This document shows, in pieces, positions 1-12,092 of a DNA stretch of 64,000 nt. Each line of letters begins with the position of its first letter. The first letter of the stretch is position 1. A program made the translations under genes and the position numbers. Source of the DNA: Octopus vulgaris (lineage: Eukaryota); the NCBI GenBank assembly GCA_951406725.2, contig OX597842.1, positions 28,768,001 through 28,832,000 of the forward strand, given 5' to 3'. The notes beneath the pieces are model-generated. The model saw only the letters and a list, made by a program, of their open reading frames with translations, did no database searches and was not told where the DNA came from.

Positions 1-260
1 TGGAGGCTAAAGAACCCTTCGCATGGTCAGAAATTTAGGGACATACTCATCAAGAAATTTGATGAGAGGGAAGAGGAGCTTCAGACGTCAGACATAGAAG
101 GTAGCTGGGAATTCCTACGGGACAGCTTGTTGAGTGCCACAGACCAAGTTTGTGGATGGTGCAAAGTCCCTTCCAGACCTAGAATTACGTGGTGGTGGAA
201 TAGTGCAGTAGATAAAGCCATCTGTGAAAAGAGACGGGCCTGGAAAGCCTGGAAGGAGGG

Positions 261-2300
261 GGCAGCAGGGAACTGTACCAGATAGCCAAAAGGGAGGCTG
301 GGCGGCAGGTATACATTGCCAAAGATGTAGCAGAAAAGAAGAAGTTTGCCAATGTCCAGCGTCGCGAGGATCAAAGAGCTGAAGTATTTCGGATTGCCAG
401 ACAGTGTGTCAGAGAAAATAGCGATGTTATAGGAGAGAAATGTGTCCGCATGGATGATGGGGCACTTGCTTTTACTACTAGTGAAAAGAAAGAGGCCTGG
501 AGAAGCCATTATGAAAGACTGCTAAATGAGGAGAATGAATGGGAGGAGGAGAGCCTGCCAAATGTTGACCCAGTAGAGGGACCAGCTACCCGAATAGACA
601 GCTCCCTTGTAGATAAGGCAATTAAGGATATGAAACCAGGCAAAGCCCCTGGCCTATCAGGAATCACTGCTGAGATGCTTAAAACAGCTGGCTATGTGGG
701 CCATGCCATAGTCACCCGCATTGTAAACCAGGTAGTTCACAATGGAGCCATACCCAATGACTGGTGCAGCAGTACCATAGTCAACTGCTACAAGGGTAAG
801 GGTGATGCTCTAGATAGAAATAACTACAGAGGTATCAAACTGTTGGACCAGGTGATGAAGGTCTCAGAGAAGGTCATAACCAATCTCATTAGGGAGAGAA
901 TTTGTTTAGATGAAATGCAGTTCGGTTTTGTACCAGGTAGAAGCACCACTGATGCTATATTCCTGGTCCGACAACTGCAGGAGAAGTACCTAGCTAAAGA
1001 TAAACCCCTCTACATAGCTTTTGTAGACTTGGAGAAAGCCTTTGACAGGGTTCCCCGTTCCCTTATCTGGTGGTCGATGCGGAAACTGGAGATTGAAGAA
1101 TGGCTAATAAGGGCTGTACAGGCTCTATACAGAGAGGCTGTTAGCAAGGTTAGGATTGGCAACGAATATAGTGAAGAATTCCGAGTAGAAGTAGGTGTGC
1201 ACCAGGGCTCAGCCCTCAGTCCCCTTTTGTTCATCATAGTACTTCAAGCAATAACAGAGGAATTCAAAACGGGATGCCCCTGGGAGCTCCTCTATGCCGA
1301 TGACCTAGCTCTCATAGCAGAATCACTACCGGAACTAGAAGAGAAATTTCGGGTATGGAAGCAAGGGTTGGAATCAAAGGGCCTTAGAATAAATGTAGCA
1401 AAGACCAAAGTATTAGTAAGCAGCAAGAGGTACTCAACACACATCCCCTCGGGTAGGTGGCCCTGCTCAACCTGTAGGAAAGGTACAGGTAGAAACTCCA
1501 TAAGATGCACCCAATGTAAGTTATGGACACATAAGAGGTGCAGCAACATTAAAGGGAAATTAACAGATAAGATAGCTTTCATGTGCGGCAGATGCACAGG
1601 GACAATAGACACAACAGACACTCAGAAAACAGATTCCATCACACTCCAGGGAGAGAAACTAGAAGTAGTTGATAGTTTCCGCTACCTGGGAGACCAAGTT
1701 AGTAGCGGAGGTGGATGCACAGAGAGTATCACCACTAGAATACGAATAGCCTGGGCAAAGTTCAGAAAGCTCCTACCCCTACTGGCAACAAAAGGCCTCT
1801 CCCTCAGAGCAAAAGGTAGATTATATGATGCATGTGTGCGAACTGCCATGCTTCACGGTAATGAAACATGGGCTGTGACTGCAGAAGACATGGGTAGACT
1901 TGAAAGAAATGAAGCTAGCATGATCCGCTGGATGTGTAGTGTCAGTGTGCACGCAAAACAGAGTGTAAGTATCCTGAGAGAAATGCTGGATATAAGAAGC
2001 ATCAGATGTGGTGTGCAAGAGCGACGCTTGCGATGGTATGGTCATGTGCTGCGGATGGATGAAGAGAGATGTGTGAAGAAGTGCCACTCCCAAACAGTTG
2101 AAGGTATCAGGGGGAGAGGTAGACCCAGGAAGACATGGGATGAGGTGGTCAAGCATGACCTCAGAGCATTGGGCCTCACTGAGGCAATGGCGAAGGACCG
2201 AGATCTCTGGAGATATGCTGTGACTACAAAGACCCGGGCTGCTTTCTGCAGCAATTCCACATACCCCCTACCCATTCTAAGTACCCCCTACCCATTCTAA
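261..2300 (+). CDS. RTE reverse transcriptase ORF with internal PHD finger
   Basis: Motifs NYRGIKLL, QFGF, FVDLEKAFD, GVHQGSALSP, YADD, FRYLG, RLRWYGHV; continues frame-1 peptide of 1-260 across a 1-nt shift in the G run at 258-262. Confidence 0.9.
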   Translation, partial: GSRELYQIAKREAGRQVYIAKDVAEKKKFANVQRREDQRAEVFRIARQCVRENSDVIGEKCVRMDDGALAFTTSEKKEAWRSHYERLLNEENEWEEESLPNVDPVEGPATRIDSSLVDKAIKDMKPGKAPGLSGITAEMLKTAGYVGHAIVTRIVNQVVHNGAIPNDWCSSTIVNCYKGKGDALDRNNYRGIKLLDQVMKVSEKVITNLIRERICLDEMQFGFVPGRSTTDAIFLVRQLQEKYLAKDKPLYIAFVDLEKAFDRVPRSLIWWSMRKLEIEEWLIRAVQALYREAVSKVRIGNEYSEEFRVEVGVHQGSALSPLLFIIVLQAITEEFKTGCPWELLYADDLALIAESLPELEEKFRVWKQGLESKGLRINVAKTKVLVSSKRYSTHIPSGRWPCSTCRKGTGRNSIRCTQCKLWTHKRCSNIKGKLTDKIAFMCGRCTGTIDTTDTQKTDSITLQGEKLEVVDSFRYLGDQVSSGGGCTESITTRIRIAWAKFRKLLPLLATKGLSLRAKGRLYDACVRTAMLHGNETWAVTAEDMGRLERNEASMIRWMCSVSVHAKQSVSILREMLDIRSIRCGVQERRLRWYGHVLRMDEERCVKKCHSQTVEGIRGRGRPRKTWDEVVKHDLRALGLTEAMAKDRDLWRYAVTTKTRAAFCSNSTYPLPILSTPYPF

Positions 2301-2402
2301 GTACCCCCCTACCCATTCTAAGTACCCCGGATCCCCAAAGTACCCCGGATCCCCAAAGTACCCTGGATCCCCAAAATACCCCAATCCCCAAAGTACCCCG
2401 GA
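2260..2402 (+). repeat. Tandem 20-bp (taccccctacccattctaag x3) then 18-bp (taccccggatccccaaag x4-5) repeats in RTE 3' end
   Basis: Units read directly. Confidence 0.9.
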
Positions 2403-2673
2403 CCTCGTTGCCCCCGTGCCGCTGACACGTTAAAATGCTCGAATCCGATCGTGACGATGCCGGACCCTCCGGCCCCTGTGCAGGTGGCACGTAAAAAGCA
2501 CCCAATCCACTCACGGAGTGGTTGGCGTTAGGAAGGGCATCCAGCCGTAGAAACTCTGCCAGATTCAGACTGGAGCCTGGAGCGGCCCCTGGCTTCCCAG
2601 ACCCGGTCAAACCGTCCAACCCGTGCTAGCGCGGAAAGCGGACGTTAAACGATGATGATGATGATGATGATGA

Positions 2674-2677
<4 letters not shown>

Positions 2678-2719
<42 letters not shown>

Positions 2720-3599
2720 ATGCATACATATATATATACATATATACACACATGTATATGCACATATGTATATATATATATTGAATTCAACTGATATAAG
2801 GAACACTTAGTCATGTCTGGAATCCCTCCTATATATACACACAGAGTCAAAGGCACAAAATAAACATTGTTAAAACAGTTTAATCCGGCGCTGTGGTCGA
2901 CAATCCTGGTTTCTCTTGTCCTTCTATCAGTGTATGTCTATGTACATGCATGGATGTGTGTATGTGTGTATGTATGTATGCATTGTATGTATGTGTGCAT
3001 GTATGTATGTATGTGTGTATGTATGTACGTATGTATGTGTATATGTATGTATGTGTATATGTATGTATGTATGTGTGTATGTATGTATGCATTGTATGTA
3101 TGTGTGTATGTATGTATGTGTATATGTATGTGTGTGTATGTATGCATGTATGTATGTATGTGTATATGTATGTATGTGTGTATGTATGTATGTATGTGTG
3201 TATGTATGTATGCATTGTATGTATGTGTGTATGTATGTATGTGTATATGTATGTGTGTGTATGTATGCATGTATGTATGTATGTATGTGTATATGTATGT
3301 ATGTGTGTATGTATGTACGTATGTGTGTATGTGTATATGTATGTATGTGTGTGTATATATGCATGTATGTATATTATGTATGTATGTATGTGTATATGTA
3401 TGTATGTATGTGTGTATGTATGTATGTATGTGTGTATGTGTGTATGTATGTATGTGTGTGTATATATGCATGTATGTATATTATGTATGTATATATGTAT
3501 GTGTGTGTATGTGTGTATGTATGTGTGTATGTGTTTGTGCATGTATGTATGTATGTATTTATGTATGTATGTATGTATGTGTATATATGCATATATATA

Positions 3600-3647
<48 letters not shown>

Positions 3648-3897
3648 GACATATGCATGTGTGTGTATATATATATACATGCACACATATGTGCTTGTGT
3701 GTGTCTGTGTGTATGTATGTTTATATACATATATAGATGTGTGTGTATGTGTGTGTGTGGGTATACTTATGTATATATTTATCAGATATACATTCATATA
3801 GGCATGTGTAATATATACACATATACACACAAATATATACTTACATATATATATATATATATACATATGCACACAAATGTATATACATATACACACA

Positions 3898-3969
<72 letters not shown>

Positions 3970-4000
3970 TACACACACACAAATACTCACACAGACCTAC
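2678..4000. repeat. Compound (TA)n/(TATG)n/(TG)n microsatellite block
   Basis: Direct inspection; source of spurious Y/I/V/C/M ORFs. Confidence 0.95.
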
Positions 4001-4383
4001 ACCTACATATATACACCCACATCCAGATACATGCCTTGTCCCCATCCCTACAAGAGGAATTCTAATAGCAGACAGGGTATCTTTGGTGTTAAGGGTGTCA
4101 GACTATGGTATCATAGTGGAATTCTATATACAAGAGACAACTCTTGTGTAAGTATGTTTATATACACTCTCCTGCTTACAAACACAAGCCAGTAACCATA
4201 TACATACATTTATATATATATATACATATACATATATATATATCACAGACAAGTTCTTTGTGGGAAATGTCATCCAGTCTTCGTGTATCAGGTTAAATTC
4301 TTTAAGAAAGAAATGGCGCTTGCCTTGCAGGATTGGCAGAGTGTTGAATGATATGTCTCCTTGTATTTAGCTTCCATAAAGGA

Positions 4384-4554
4384 CAGGTGCGGCTGTGTGG
4401 TAAGTTGCTTTCTTCCCGGCCACATGGTTCTGGGTTCAGTCCCACTGCGTGGTACCTTGGGCAGGTGTCTTCTACTATGGCACTGGGCTGACCAAAGCCT
4501 TGTGAGTGGATTTGGTAGACGGAAACTGAAAGCAGCCTGTCATATATATGTATG

Positions 4555-4590
<36 letters not shown>

Positions 4591-4757
4591 CGCAGGAGTG
4601 GCTGTGTGGTAAGTAGCTTGCTTACCAACCACATGGTTGTTCAGTCCCACTGCATGGCACCTTGGGCAAGTGTCTTCTACTATAGCCTCGGGCTGACCAA
4701 AACCTTGTGAGTGGATTTGGTAGATGGAAACTGAAAGAAGCCTGTCGTATATATGTG

Positions 4758-4788
<31 letters not shown>

Positions 4789-5250
4789 ATGTTTGTGTGT
4801 CTGTGTTTGTCCCCCTAGCATTGCTTGACAACTGATGCTGGTGTGTTTGCGTCCCCGTAACTTAGCGGTTTGGCAAAAGAGACCGATGGAATAAGTACTG
4901 GGCTTACAAAGAATAAGTCCCGGGGTCGAGTTGCACGATTAAAGGCGGTGCTCTAGCATGGCTGCAGTCAGGTGGCTGAAACAAGTAAAAGAGTAAAAGA
5001 GTCTATATATATATATATATAAATGTATGTGTGTGGTAAGAAGCTTGCTTCACAACGACATAGTTCTGGGTTCAGTCCCACTGCATGGTACCTTGGGCAA
5101 GTGTCTTCTACTATGGCACTGGGCTGACCAAATGCTTGTGTAGGGGCAGATCCAAGGGTTGAGCTGGCGGCTGAAAGGGGCATGTGTCCCCACCCCCGCT
5201 CAAGAAACAAAGTGGATTTGGCAGATGGAAACAGGAAGAGCCTGTTGTAT
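4384..5250 (+). mobile_element. Cluster of tRNA-derived SINE type A (head-only 4384-4545, full 4589-5002, interrupted 5029-5250)
   Basis: A box tggctgtgtggt, B box ggttcagtcc, CORE-like accttgggcaagtg, central microsatellite, tail ggcggtgctctagcatggc...ctgaaacaagtaaaagag. Confidence 0.9.
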
Positions 5251-5260
5251 ATCTAAGTAC

Positions 5261-5448
5261 CTACCAGGGGTCTATATTCCGCGTGCGTTAGGTGTGGGTG
5301 TCACACCCAGCGAAAATAGCAAATTCTTTATAAATATTATCCTTACCCTTTAATTTAACCACAGATCTGGAAACCCTTTGTTATACCCCTGCTTGAAATT
5401 TGGGTGTGCCAACATACTCAACGCAACAACCACCATACACAACTGGTA
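5261..5448. mobile_element. Small MITE with imperfect inverted ends
   Basis: taccaggggtctat..gcgttaggtgtgggtgtcacaccca vs reverse complement of tgggtgtgccaacatactcaacgc..atacacaactggta. Confidence 0.5.
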
Positions 5449-5471
5449 CAAACATATATATGTATTTTTTT

Positions 5472-5650
5472 TTCTTTTACTTGTTTCAGGCATTTGACTG
5501 CGGCCATGCTGGAGCACCACATTTAGTCGAGTCGAGTCAACCCCAGGACTTATTCTATTGGTATCTTTTGCCGAACTGCTAAGTTATGGGGATGTAAACT
5601 CACGAGCATCAGTTGTCAAGCGATGGTGGATGAACAAACACAGACACATA
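5472..5650 (-). mobile_element. SINE type A 3' half
   Basis: Reverse-complement tail catttgactgcggccatgctggagcacc. Confidence 0.85.
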
Positions 5651-5663
5651 TACATCCATCCAT

Positions 5664-5713
<50 letters not shown>

Positions 5714-5847
5714 ATATGTATGTCTGTGTCTGTGTAGCAATGGTGAAATACTGCTAAACATTTCGTCCAGCCGGCTAATAATTCTGCCAGCTCACCACCT
5801 TATTAATAATGATGATGATAATAATAATAATAATAACAATAATGGTG

Positions 5848-6345
5848 GTGGTGAAGCACATCCTTTGAACTTTAGGTCTCACCAAAGCAATGACTAGTGA
5901 CCGAGACCTTTGGAAATATGCTGTGCGTGAGAAGACCCGGCAGGACAAGTGAGGCCATAACCCGAGGCCTTTACCTGGGATGTAGCCAGTCCACTTATGC
6001 ATACCTTTCCTCCTTGGGACACAGAACTCTGCTTGCGAAGACCTGTTGAGGCAAGTGAAATTGAAATCGATCAAAATCAATGGAAATTGTAGTTGTGATA
6101 CCAGTGCCGGTGGTAACATTGCCAGCGCCGCCTCAACTGACCTCTGTGCCGGTGGCATGTAAAAACCACCAACCGATCGTGGCCATTGTTAGCCTCGCCT
6201 GGCACGTAAAAGCACCCACTACACTCACGGAGTGGTTGGCGTTACGAAGGGCATCCAGCTGTAGAAACAGTGCCAGATTAGACTGGAGCCTGGTGCAGCC
6301 TCCTGGCTTCCCAGACCCCGGTTGAACTGACCCCCCACCACATGC
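5848..6345 (+). mobile_element. 5'-truncated RTE 3' end
   Basis: Matches end of RTE ORF (gaccgagacctttggaaatatgctgtg) and shared 3'UTR. Confidence 0.85.
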
Positions 6346-6548
6346 ATGCGCACAAAAGGGCAAAAGGGATCACAGTGTAAATAACGGACAGAGTCAAAAC
6401 TATTGAAAAGACAAAACAAAAATTTTAGGAAAATAAAAATAAGAAAAAAAAAAAGTGGGAATTTCTGCGGTGAGTTAGGGTTAGATTATAAGGCCCCAAA
6501 AGGGAACCGGCTCTCCCCAGACACAACAGAATACCCAGGATTTACAAA

Positions 6549-6853
6549 GCAAATAAGAAAATGAATCGGATAATCAATGGACCAAGACCAGCCTGTAAAC
6601 ATTCGTTTGGATCTATTTATTAATTGATTGCAATCAAATGATTAAGTAATTAAGATAAACAAATGAAATTTCACTCATTTATTCTTCTTCGTTTATTTTT
6701 ATTTATCTATTTATTTACTTGTTTATTTGATTATTTCATTTGTTTATCTTGATTACTTAATCATACGATTGCAATCAATTAATAAAAGGATCCAAACGAA
6801 TGTTTACAGGCTGATGTTTACCCATTGATTATCCTCTCCATCTTCTTATTTGC
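6549..6853. repeat. Foldback element with ~120-bp inverted arms
   Basis: cagcctgtaaacattcgtttggatc...aaacaaatgaaat mirrored by atttcatttgttt...gatccaaacgaatgtttacaggctg. Confidence 0.85.
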
Positions 6854-6859
6854 CTCATA

Positions 6860-7152
6860 TCACCGTGATCACCGTGACAGACCAGGCTATCAGATGTTGC
6901 TGCACATCGCTGGTCACAATGCGCTTTGCATTGTTTTAGCCTTCAAATGACACCACCCCGCTGGCTAAACGAGCAGGCCAACAGAGGAAAGGGTGAGAGA
7001 AAGTTGTGGCGAAAGAGTACAGCAGGGATCGCCACCAGCCCCTGCTGGAGCCTCGTGGAGCTTTTAGGTGTTTTCACTCAATAAACACTCACAACGCCCT
7101 GTCTGGGAATCGAAACCACGATCCTACGACCGTGAGTCCACTGCCCTAACCA
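6860..7152 (-). mobile_element. tRNA-derived SINE type C (head extends to ~7172)
   Basis: Minus-strand head tggaggcgcaatggcctagtggttagggcag...gtttcgattcc; same head at 32330-32520. Confidence 0.8.
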
Positions 7153-7192
7153 CTAGGCCATTGCGCCTCCACATTTGCCTTATATATGTATG

Positions 7193-7298
<106 letters not shown>

Positions 7299-7303
7299 CA
7301 TTC

Positions 7304-7515
7304 AAAATGTGACCTCGTGTGTACCATTGTCACTTTTTTTCCTCTGTCGTCCCATCTCTGGATCTTTCCTTCTCCTATGTTTCCGACGAAGAGCTCCGCT
7401 CAAAACATTAAACCCTCCTTCTTTCCTTCTTTCCTAATCGTCCAATAATACTATATTTGTTCCACGTCCTCGCGTTGTTGTGTTTTTTGTGCTTTCTTGT
7501 TTGAATTAACTTTAA
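7304..7515 (+). mobile_element. Penelope-like pLTR-type solo element with degenerate hammerhead motif
   Basis: gtttccgacgaagagctccgctcaaaacattaaac at 7379-7413; second copy 17338-17550 (-); flanked by (TA)n. Confidence 0.65.
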
Positions 7516-7516
7516 C

Positions 7517-7553
<37 letters not shown>

Positions 7554-7554
<1 letters not shown>

Positions 7555-8420
7555 TCATCATCATCATCATCACCGTTTAACGTCCGTTCTCCATGCTAGC
7601 ATGGGTTGGACGGTTCGACCGGAGATCTGGGAAGCCAGAAGGCTGCACCAGGCTCCAGTCTTATCTGGCAATGCTTCTACAGCTGGATGCCCTTCCTAAC
7701 GCCAACCACTCCGTGAGTGTAGTGGGTGCTTTTTACGTGCCACCTGCACAGGTGCCAGGCGAAGCTGGCAACGGCCACGGTTGGATTGGTGTATTTTACG
7801 TGTCGCCGGCACGGAAGCCAGTGGAGGCGGCGCTGGCATCGGCCACGAGTCGGATAGTGCTTTTCACATACCACCAGACCAGGGATCCTGGCTGGTTCAA
7901 TTCGATTTTGATTTCCAGAATACATCATCATCATCATCATCATCATCATTTAACGTCCGCTTTCCATGCTAGCATGGGTTGGACGGTTCAACTGGGGTCT
8001 GGGGAGCCCGAAAGCTGCACCAGTCCAGTCAGATCTGGCAGTGTTTCTACAGCTGGATGCCCTTCCTAACGCCAACCACTCCGAGAGTGTAGTGGGTGAT
8101 TTTATGTGCCACCGACACAGGTGCCAGACGAGGCTGGCAAACGGCCACGCTCGGATGGTGTTTTTTATGTGCCACCGACACAGGTGCCAGACGAGGCTGG
8201 CAGACGGCCACGCTCGGATGGTGTTTTTATGTGCCACCGACACAGGTGCCAGATGAGGCTGGCAAACGGCCACGATCGGATGGTGCTTGCTACGTGCCCA
8301 CAGCACGGAGGCCAGTCGATGCGGCACCGGCTACGGCCACGTTCGGACGGCCCCCTTGTGTGCCACGTGCCACCGGCACTGGCACCACAAAGATACAAAT
8401 TCCATTGATGTTCATCTATT
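7554..8420 (-). mobile_element. Two RTE 3'-end elements (7554-7920, 7924-8420), second with ~63-bp internal tandem repeats
   Basis: (CAT)n tail then reverse complement of RTE 3'UTR; unit tttatgtgccaccgacacaggtgccagacgaggctggcaaacggccacgctcggatggtg x3. Confidence 0.9.
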
Positions 8421-8438
8421 TTGATTTGTTTTGATTTG

Positions 8439-8500
<62 letters not shown>

Positions 8501-8532
8501 ATATACATGCACACACACACACACACACATAT

Positions 8533-8680
8533 CCTTTTATTCGTTTCAGTCACTTGACTGCGGCCATGCTGGAGCACCGCCTTTAGTCAAGCAAATCGAC
8601 CACAGAACCTATTCTTTGTAAGCCTAGTACTTATTCTATCGGTCTCTTTTGCCGAACCGCTAGGTTACAGGGACGTACAC
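8533..8680 (-). mobile_element. SINE type A 3' half
   Basis: ttgactgcggccatgctggagcaccgcc. Confidence 0.85.
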
Positions 8681-9592
8681 ACATGTGTGTACATTTATGT
8701 ATGAGTGTGTATGTGTATGTGTGTGTGTGTGTGTGCGTGTATATGTGTGAAAATATGTGTGTGCATGGGTGTATGTCCGTGTGTGTGTGCATGTATATGT
8801 GTGAATAGATGTGTGTGCATAGGTGTATGTGCATGTGTGTGTGTATGTGTGAATATGTGTGTGCATCTATGTATCAGTCTGCATGTGCATGTGTGTGTGT
8901 GTGCGTGTATATGTGTGCATGTGTGCATGTGGGTGTGTGTGAGAGCTGTTTCTAGAATTGAAAGTCTTCACACGGATATATTTGACAACATTGTATCGTG
9001 GTTTTGGGTGATGGTCATGTGTTGTTAGTGAGTAGTCAGATGCATGTGTGTGTGTGTGAGTATATATGTGTATATATGTATGTATTGGTGTATGCATGTA
9101 TATATATTTATATATGTATATGTACATACATATATATACATATGTGTGTGTATGTATGTGTCTATCTATCTTTCTCTCTCTCTCTTTATATATATGTATG
9201 TATATATATATATGTATATATATAAATGTATATATGTATGTATATATATATATGCATGTGTGGATTTATACACATATATATATGTATATATATATGTGTG
9301 TGTGTGTGCATGTGTGTGTGTGTGTGTGTGTATGAATGTATTAGTATCAATGTTTGGGTGTGTCACAATACTTGTGAGTGACAATATGTATACATCTTTG
9401 TGTGTGTGTGTGTGTATGACTCACCAAATCGAAGGACTCCGCCCTGTTTACAGGATTGGGTTGATGGTAGTGGTGTGTGTGTGTGTGTGTATCAGGGAAT
9501 TATCCCCTATAAACACACAGTTCTGTAGACCTATGATCAAAGACTCTCCAGCCGTGACCATTCCATGTTTTCTCTGAACCACCAGTGTAACT

Positions 9593-9731
9593 TCATCATC
9601 ATTTAATGTCCGTTTTCCATGCTAGCATGGGTTGGACAGTTCGACCGGGTAAGCCATGGAGGCTGCACCAGGCTCTAGTCTGATCTGGCAGTGTTTCTAC
9701 AGCTGGATGCCCTTCCTAACGCCAACCACTC
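9593..9731 (-). mobile_element. Short RTE 3' tail fragment
   Basis: (CAT)n + ccatgctagcatgggttggac...gcccttcctaacgccaaccact. Confidence 0.85.
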
Positions 9732-9797
9732 ATTATTATTCAGAATGTATGAAATAATGGTTAGCATAAATCCCGAAAAGAAACATTAACAATTAAG

Positions 9798-10678
9798 CAA
9801 AGGTGGGCACAGCCAATCAAAAAATTAACTTCGTTAACCATTAATCTGTTAACCAAAAAATTAACTTCAATAACCATCAATCAGTTAATTTTTTTTTTAA
9901 ATGTTATAGAAATTATCGATAATAATAATAATGAAATTATTGCATTCAGTGCTCAGGTGCCCCACAACTTATCAAAAACTGCGTATAAAGCATCTGTTTG
10001 GGGAGTGAACAGTGTATGAGTCAGATAGATGCTTGCTTGTGTGTATGGAGGGGAGAAAGCTCAGGTGTGGTGTTGGCGAATCTCAGGAAGCATGGAAGTT
10101 TTCAAGGATGCAGTGATCCGACAACCAACAACTGATGCCGGCAGTTTGTTCCATGCTTCAGCAAGTCTCAGCGTGGAAAAATGTTTTCGAAAGCCATGGA
10201 AGGAGCTGTGCTGTTTTCTGACTTTGTAAACATGTCCACGGGTGTGAGACGGGTGGAGTTTGAAAAGGTGCTCAGAGTTATTGTTTGTAAGAGGGTTAAT
10301 AATTTTATGGGTGTCTGCCAAGTCAGCTGCCAGACGTCGGAGTTTCAATGTGTACATTCCCAGGGAAGTAAGGCGTTCAGAATATGGCAAATGCCTGATG
10401 GAGGGTATTCTCTTGGTTGCATCTCACTGAACAGCTTCCAGATAAACCATTAATGTTAATTTTTATTATAGAAAAAACAAAAAAAAACCCCAGTTTTTGC
10501 TCTAAAACCACCTAAAAACACCTTTAAAAAGTGCCAGAATTATGAAATCCATTAACTTCAAAATTAATTAAAGTCAACAGAAGTTAATTAGTTCGATAAT
10601 TAAAAGTTAAATTGTTAACAAAAATGTTAACTTTGTTAATCAATGATCAACAGATTAACAGTTTGGTGCCCAAGTTTG
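9798..10678. mobile_element. hAT-like MITE interrupted by a LINE fragment
   Basis: TIRs caaaggtgggcac / gtgcccaagtttg; 8-bp TSD caattaag (9790-9797) vs catttaag (10679-10686); subterminal gttaac repeats. Confidence 0.75.
9920..10452 (-). mobile_element. CR1-group LINE 3' fragment, same family as ORF 22198-24963
   Basis: Peptide PYSERLTSLG...TRGHVYKVRKQHS...AEAWNKLPASVV; (TTA)n tail. Confidence 0.9.
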
Positions 10679-10748
10679 CATTTAAGATAAAATAATGAAA
10701 TGGTTTGGACATACAAGGGGTTACTGTAACATCACCCTATAACTGTCT

Positions 10749-10954
10749 GTAGGAGCTCACTTAGCCCTTCCTAATTGAGATTCGAAATCGAATCTACACA
10801 CTTGCCGCTTGTCAGATGACTGTCTGATTCCATTTTTCATCGATCTCTCAGTATGGAGATAAAACACAATGGAATTAGACAGATGTCTGACAAAGTAACA
10901 TGTGTGTAGATTTGGTTTCAAATCACAGTTAGACGGGGCTAAGTGATCTCCTAC
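10749..10954. repeat. Palindromic MITE/foldback
   Basis: gtaggagctcacttagccc..aatctacacac mirrored by gtgtgtagattt..gggctaagtgatctcctac. Confidence 0.8.
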
Positions 10955-11044
10955 ACTCGACTGGCTGGCAGAGAGCGTACATCTCTATTAGCCATTAACC
11001 GAGGAGATCAAATGAGGGAGAGATGATCTCAGTTTTATAGGGTA

Positions 11045-11350
11045 CTAGCAGTATCGCCCGGCATTGCTCAGGTTTGTAAGGGAAATAACCATATAAGCAT
11101 TTTTAGAGAGTTACTTCCCTTATATAACCCGAGCAAAAATCATTAAAAATGCGGAAAAATGATGGTAAATTTTTTTTAAATCGTAGACTCATCGTAGACG
11201 TGCGCTAATACCCAGAAGGGCTCGATATGAATGACGACTATATGATACCCGCTTTTGGTTAAACTGCACCGCAAAATGTGGGAGTAGTTAGGAATCTAAA
11301 TCGGAGGAGACAGAGTCTCACACTCACAAGTTCAATTTTATATATAAAGA
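11045..11350 (-). mobile_element. Non-autonomous Helitron
   Basis: Minus strand A|TCtttatatataa ... hairpin cctgagcaatgccggg ... CTAG|T. Confidence 0.8.
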
Positions 11351-11419
11351 TGACCAGGAAGCAGGTCTAACTTAAAACAAATGCTTGACACATGCACATA
11401 CACACTCATACATAGGCTT

Positions 11420-11612
11420 GTCTGGATCAGGATTGACCCGTGGCTAAACAACAATAACTATAGCCACTAATACTAACTACTATACTATACATTAGATAAT
11501 GTAGTCCTAGATACGTTATGTCTGAATAAACGATGGGATGGTCACAGCTGGAACGTCTTTGATAATAGGTCTGTCTGCTGGATCTGGACTGACCTGGAGT
11601 TAAACAACAACA
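11420..11612 (+). repeat. Single copy of the ~153-bp unit amplified at 17968-18465
   Basis: aactatagccactaatactaactactatactatacattagata..gatggtcacagctggaac. Confidence 0.8.
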
Positions 11613-11852
11613 ACACACACACATCCAATTATTTTTCTGATGACTTGTTAAGTAAAATGTAACAAATATTCGTAGACATACCGTTAATTTTTTTTATTTT
11701 TAATATTATTTTTTCAAGCAATTACTTAATCAAGGTTGGATGTAATTAGCACATAGTTTAGAATCGGTAACTGTGTGTAGAACGACTTAATTGTTAATTA
11801 GTGCTAATTGGTCCATTTATATAAACATACACACACACATACATATATACAG

Positions 11853-11884
<32 letters not shown>

Positions 11885-11931
11885 TGACATATATATACAT
11901 ATATATACCTATATATATACAGATATATATA

Positions 11932-12038
<107 letters not shown>

Positions 12039-12046
12039 GTATACAG

Positions 12047-12092
<46 letters not shown>

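Larger units (their letters stand above)
1..2677 (+). mobile_element. RTE-clade LINE, 5' end beyond window, ending in (GAT)n tail
   Basis: Linker peptide TWWWN...KRRAWKAWK in frame 1 (1-260), RT ORF to 2300, 3'UTR with gtggttggcgttaggaagggcatccagc, tail (GAT)n 2651-2677. Confidence 0.95.

Noticed and set aside
81-509. Antisense ORFs over LINEs (also 1292-2275, 23493-24785, 59572-61324)
   Set aside because: Shadow frames of RT coding sequence with no independent motifs
2867-3980. Long Y/I/V/C/M/H/T-rich ORFs (also 32.8-33.4, 44.4-49.2, 58.2-59.4, 62.4-64 kb)
   Set aside because: Translations of (TA)n/(TG)n/(TATG)n, which lack stop codons
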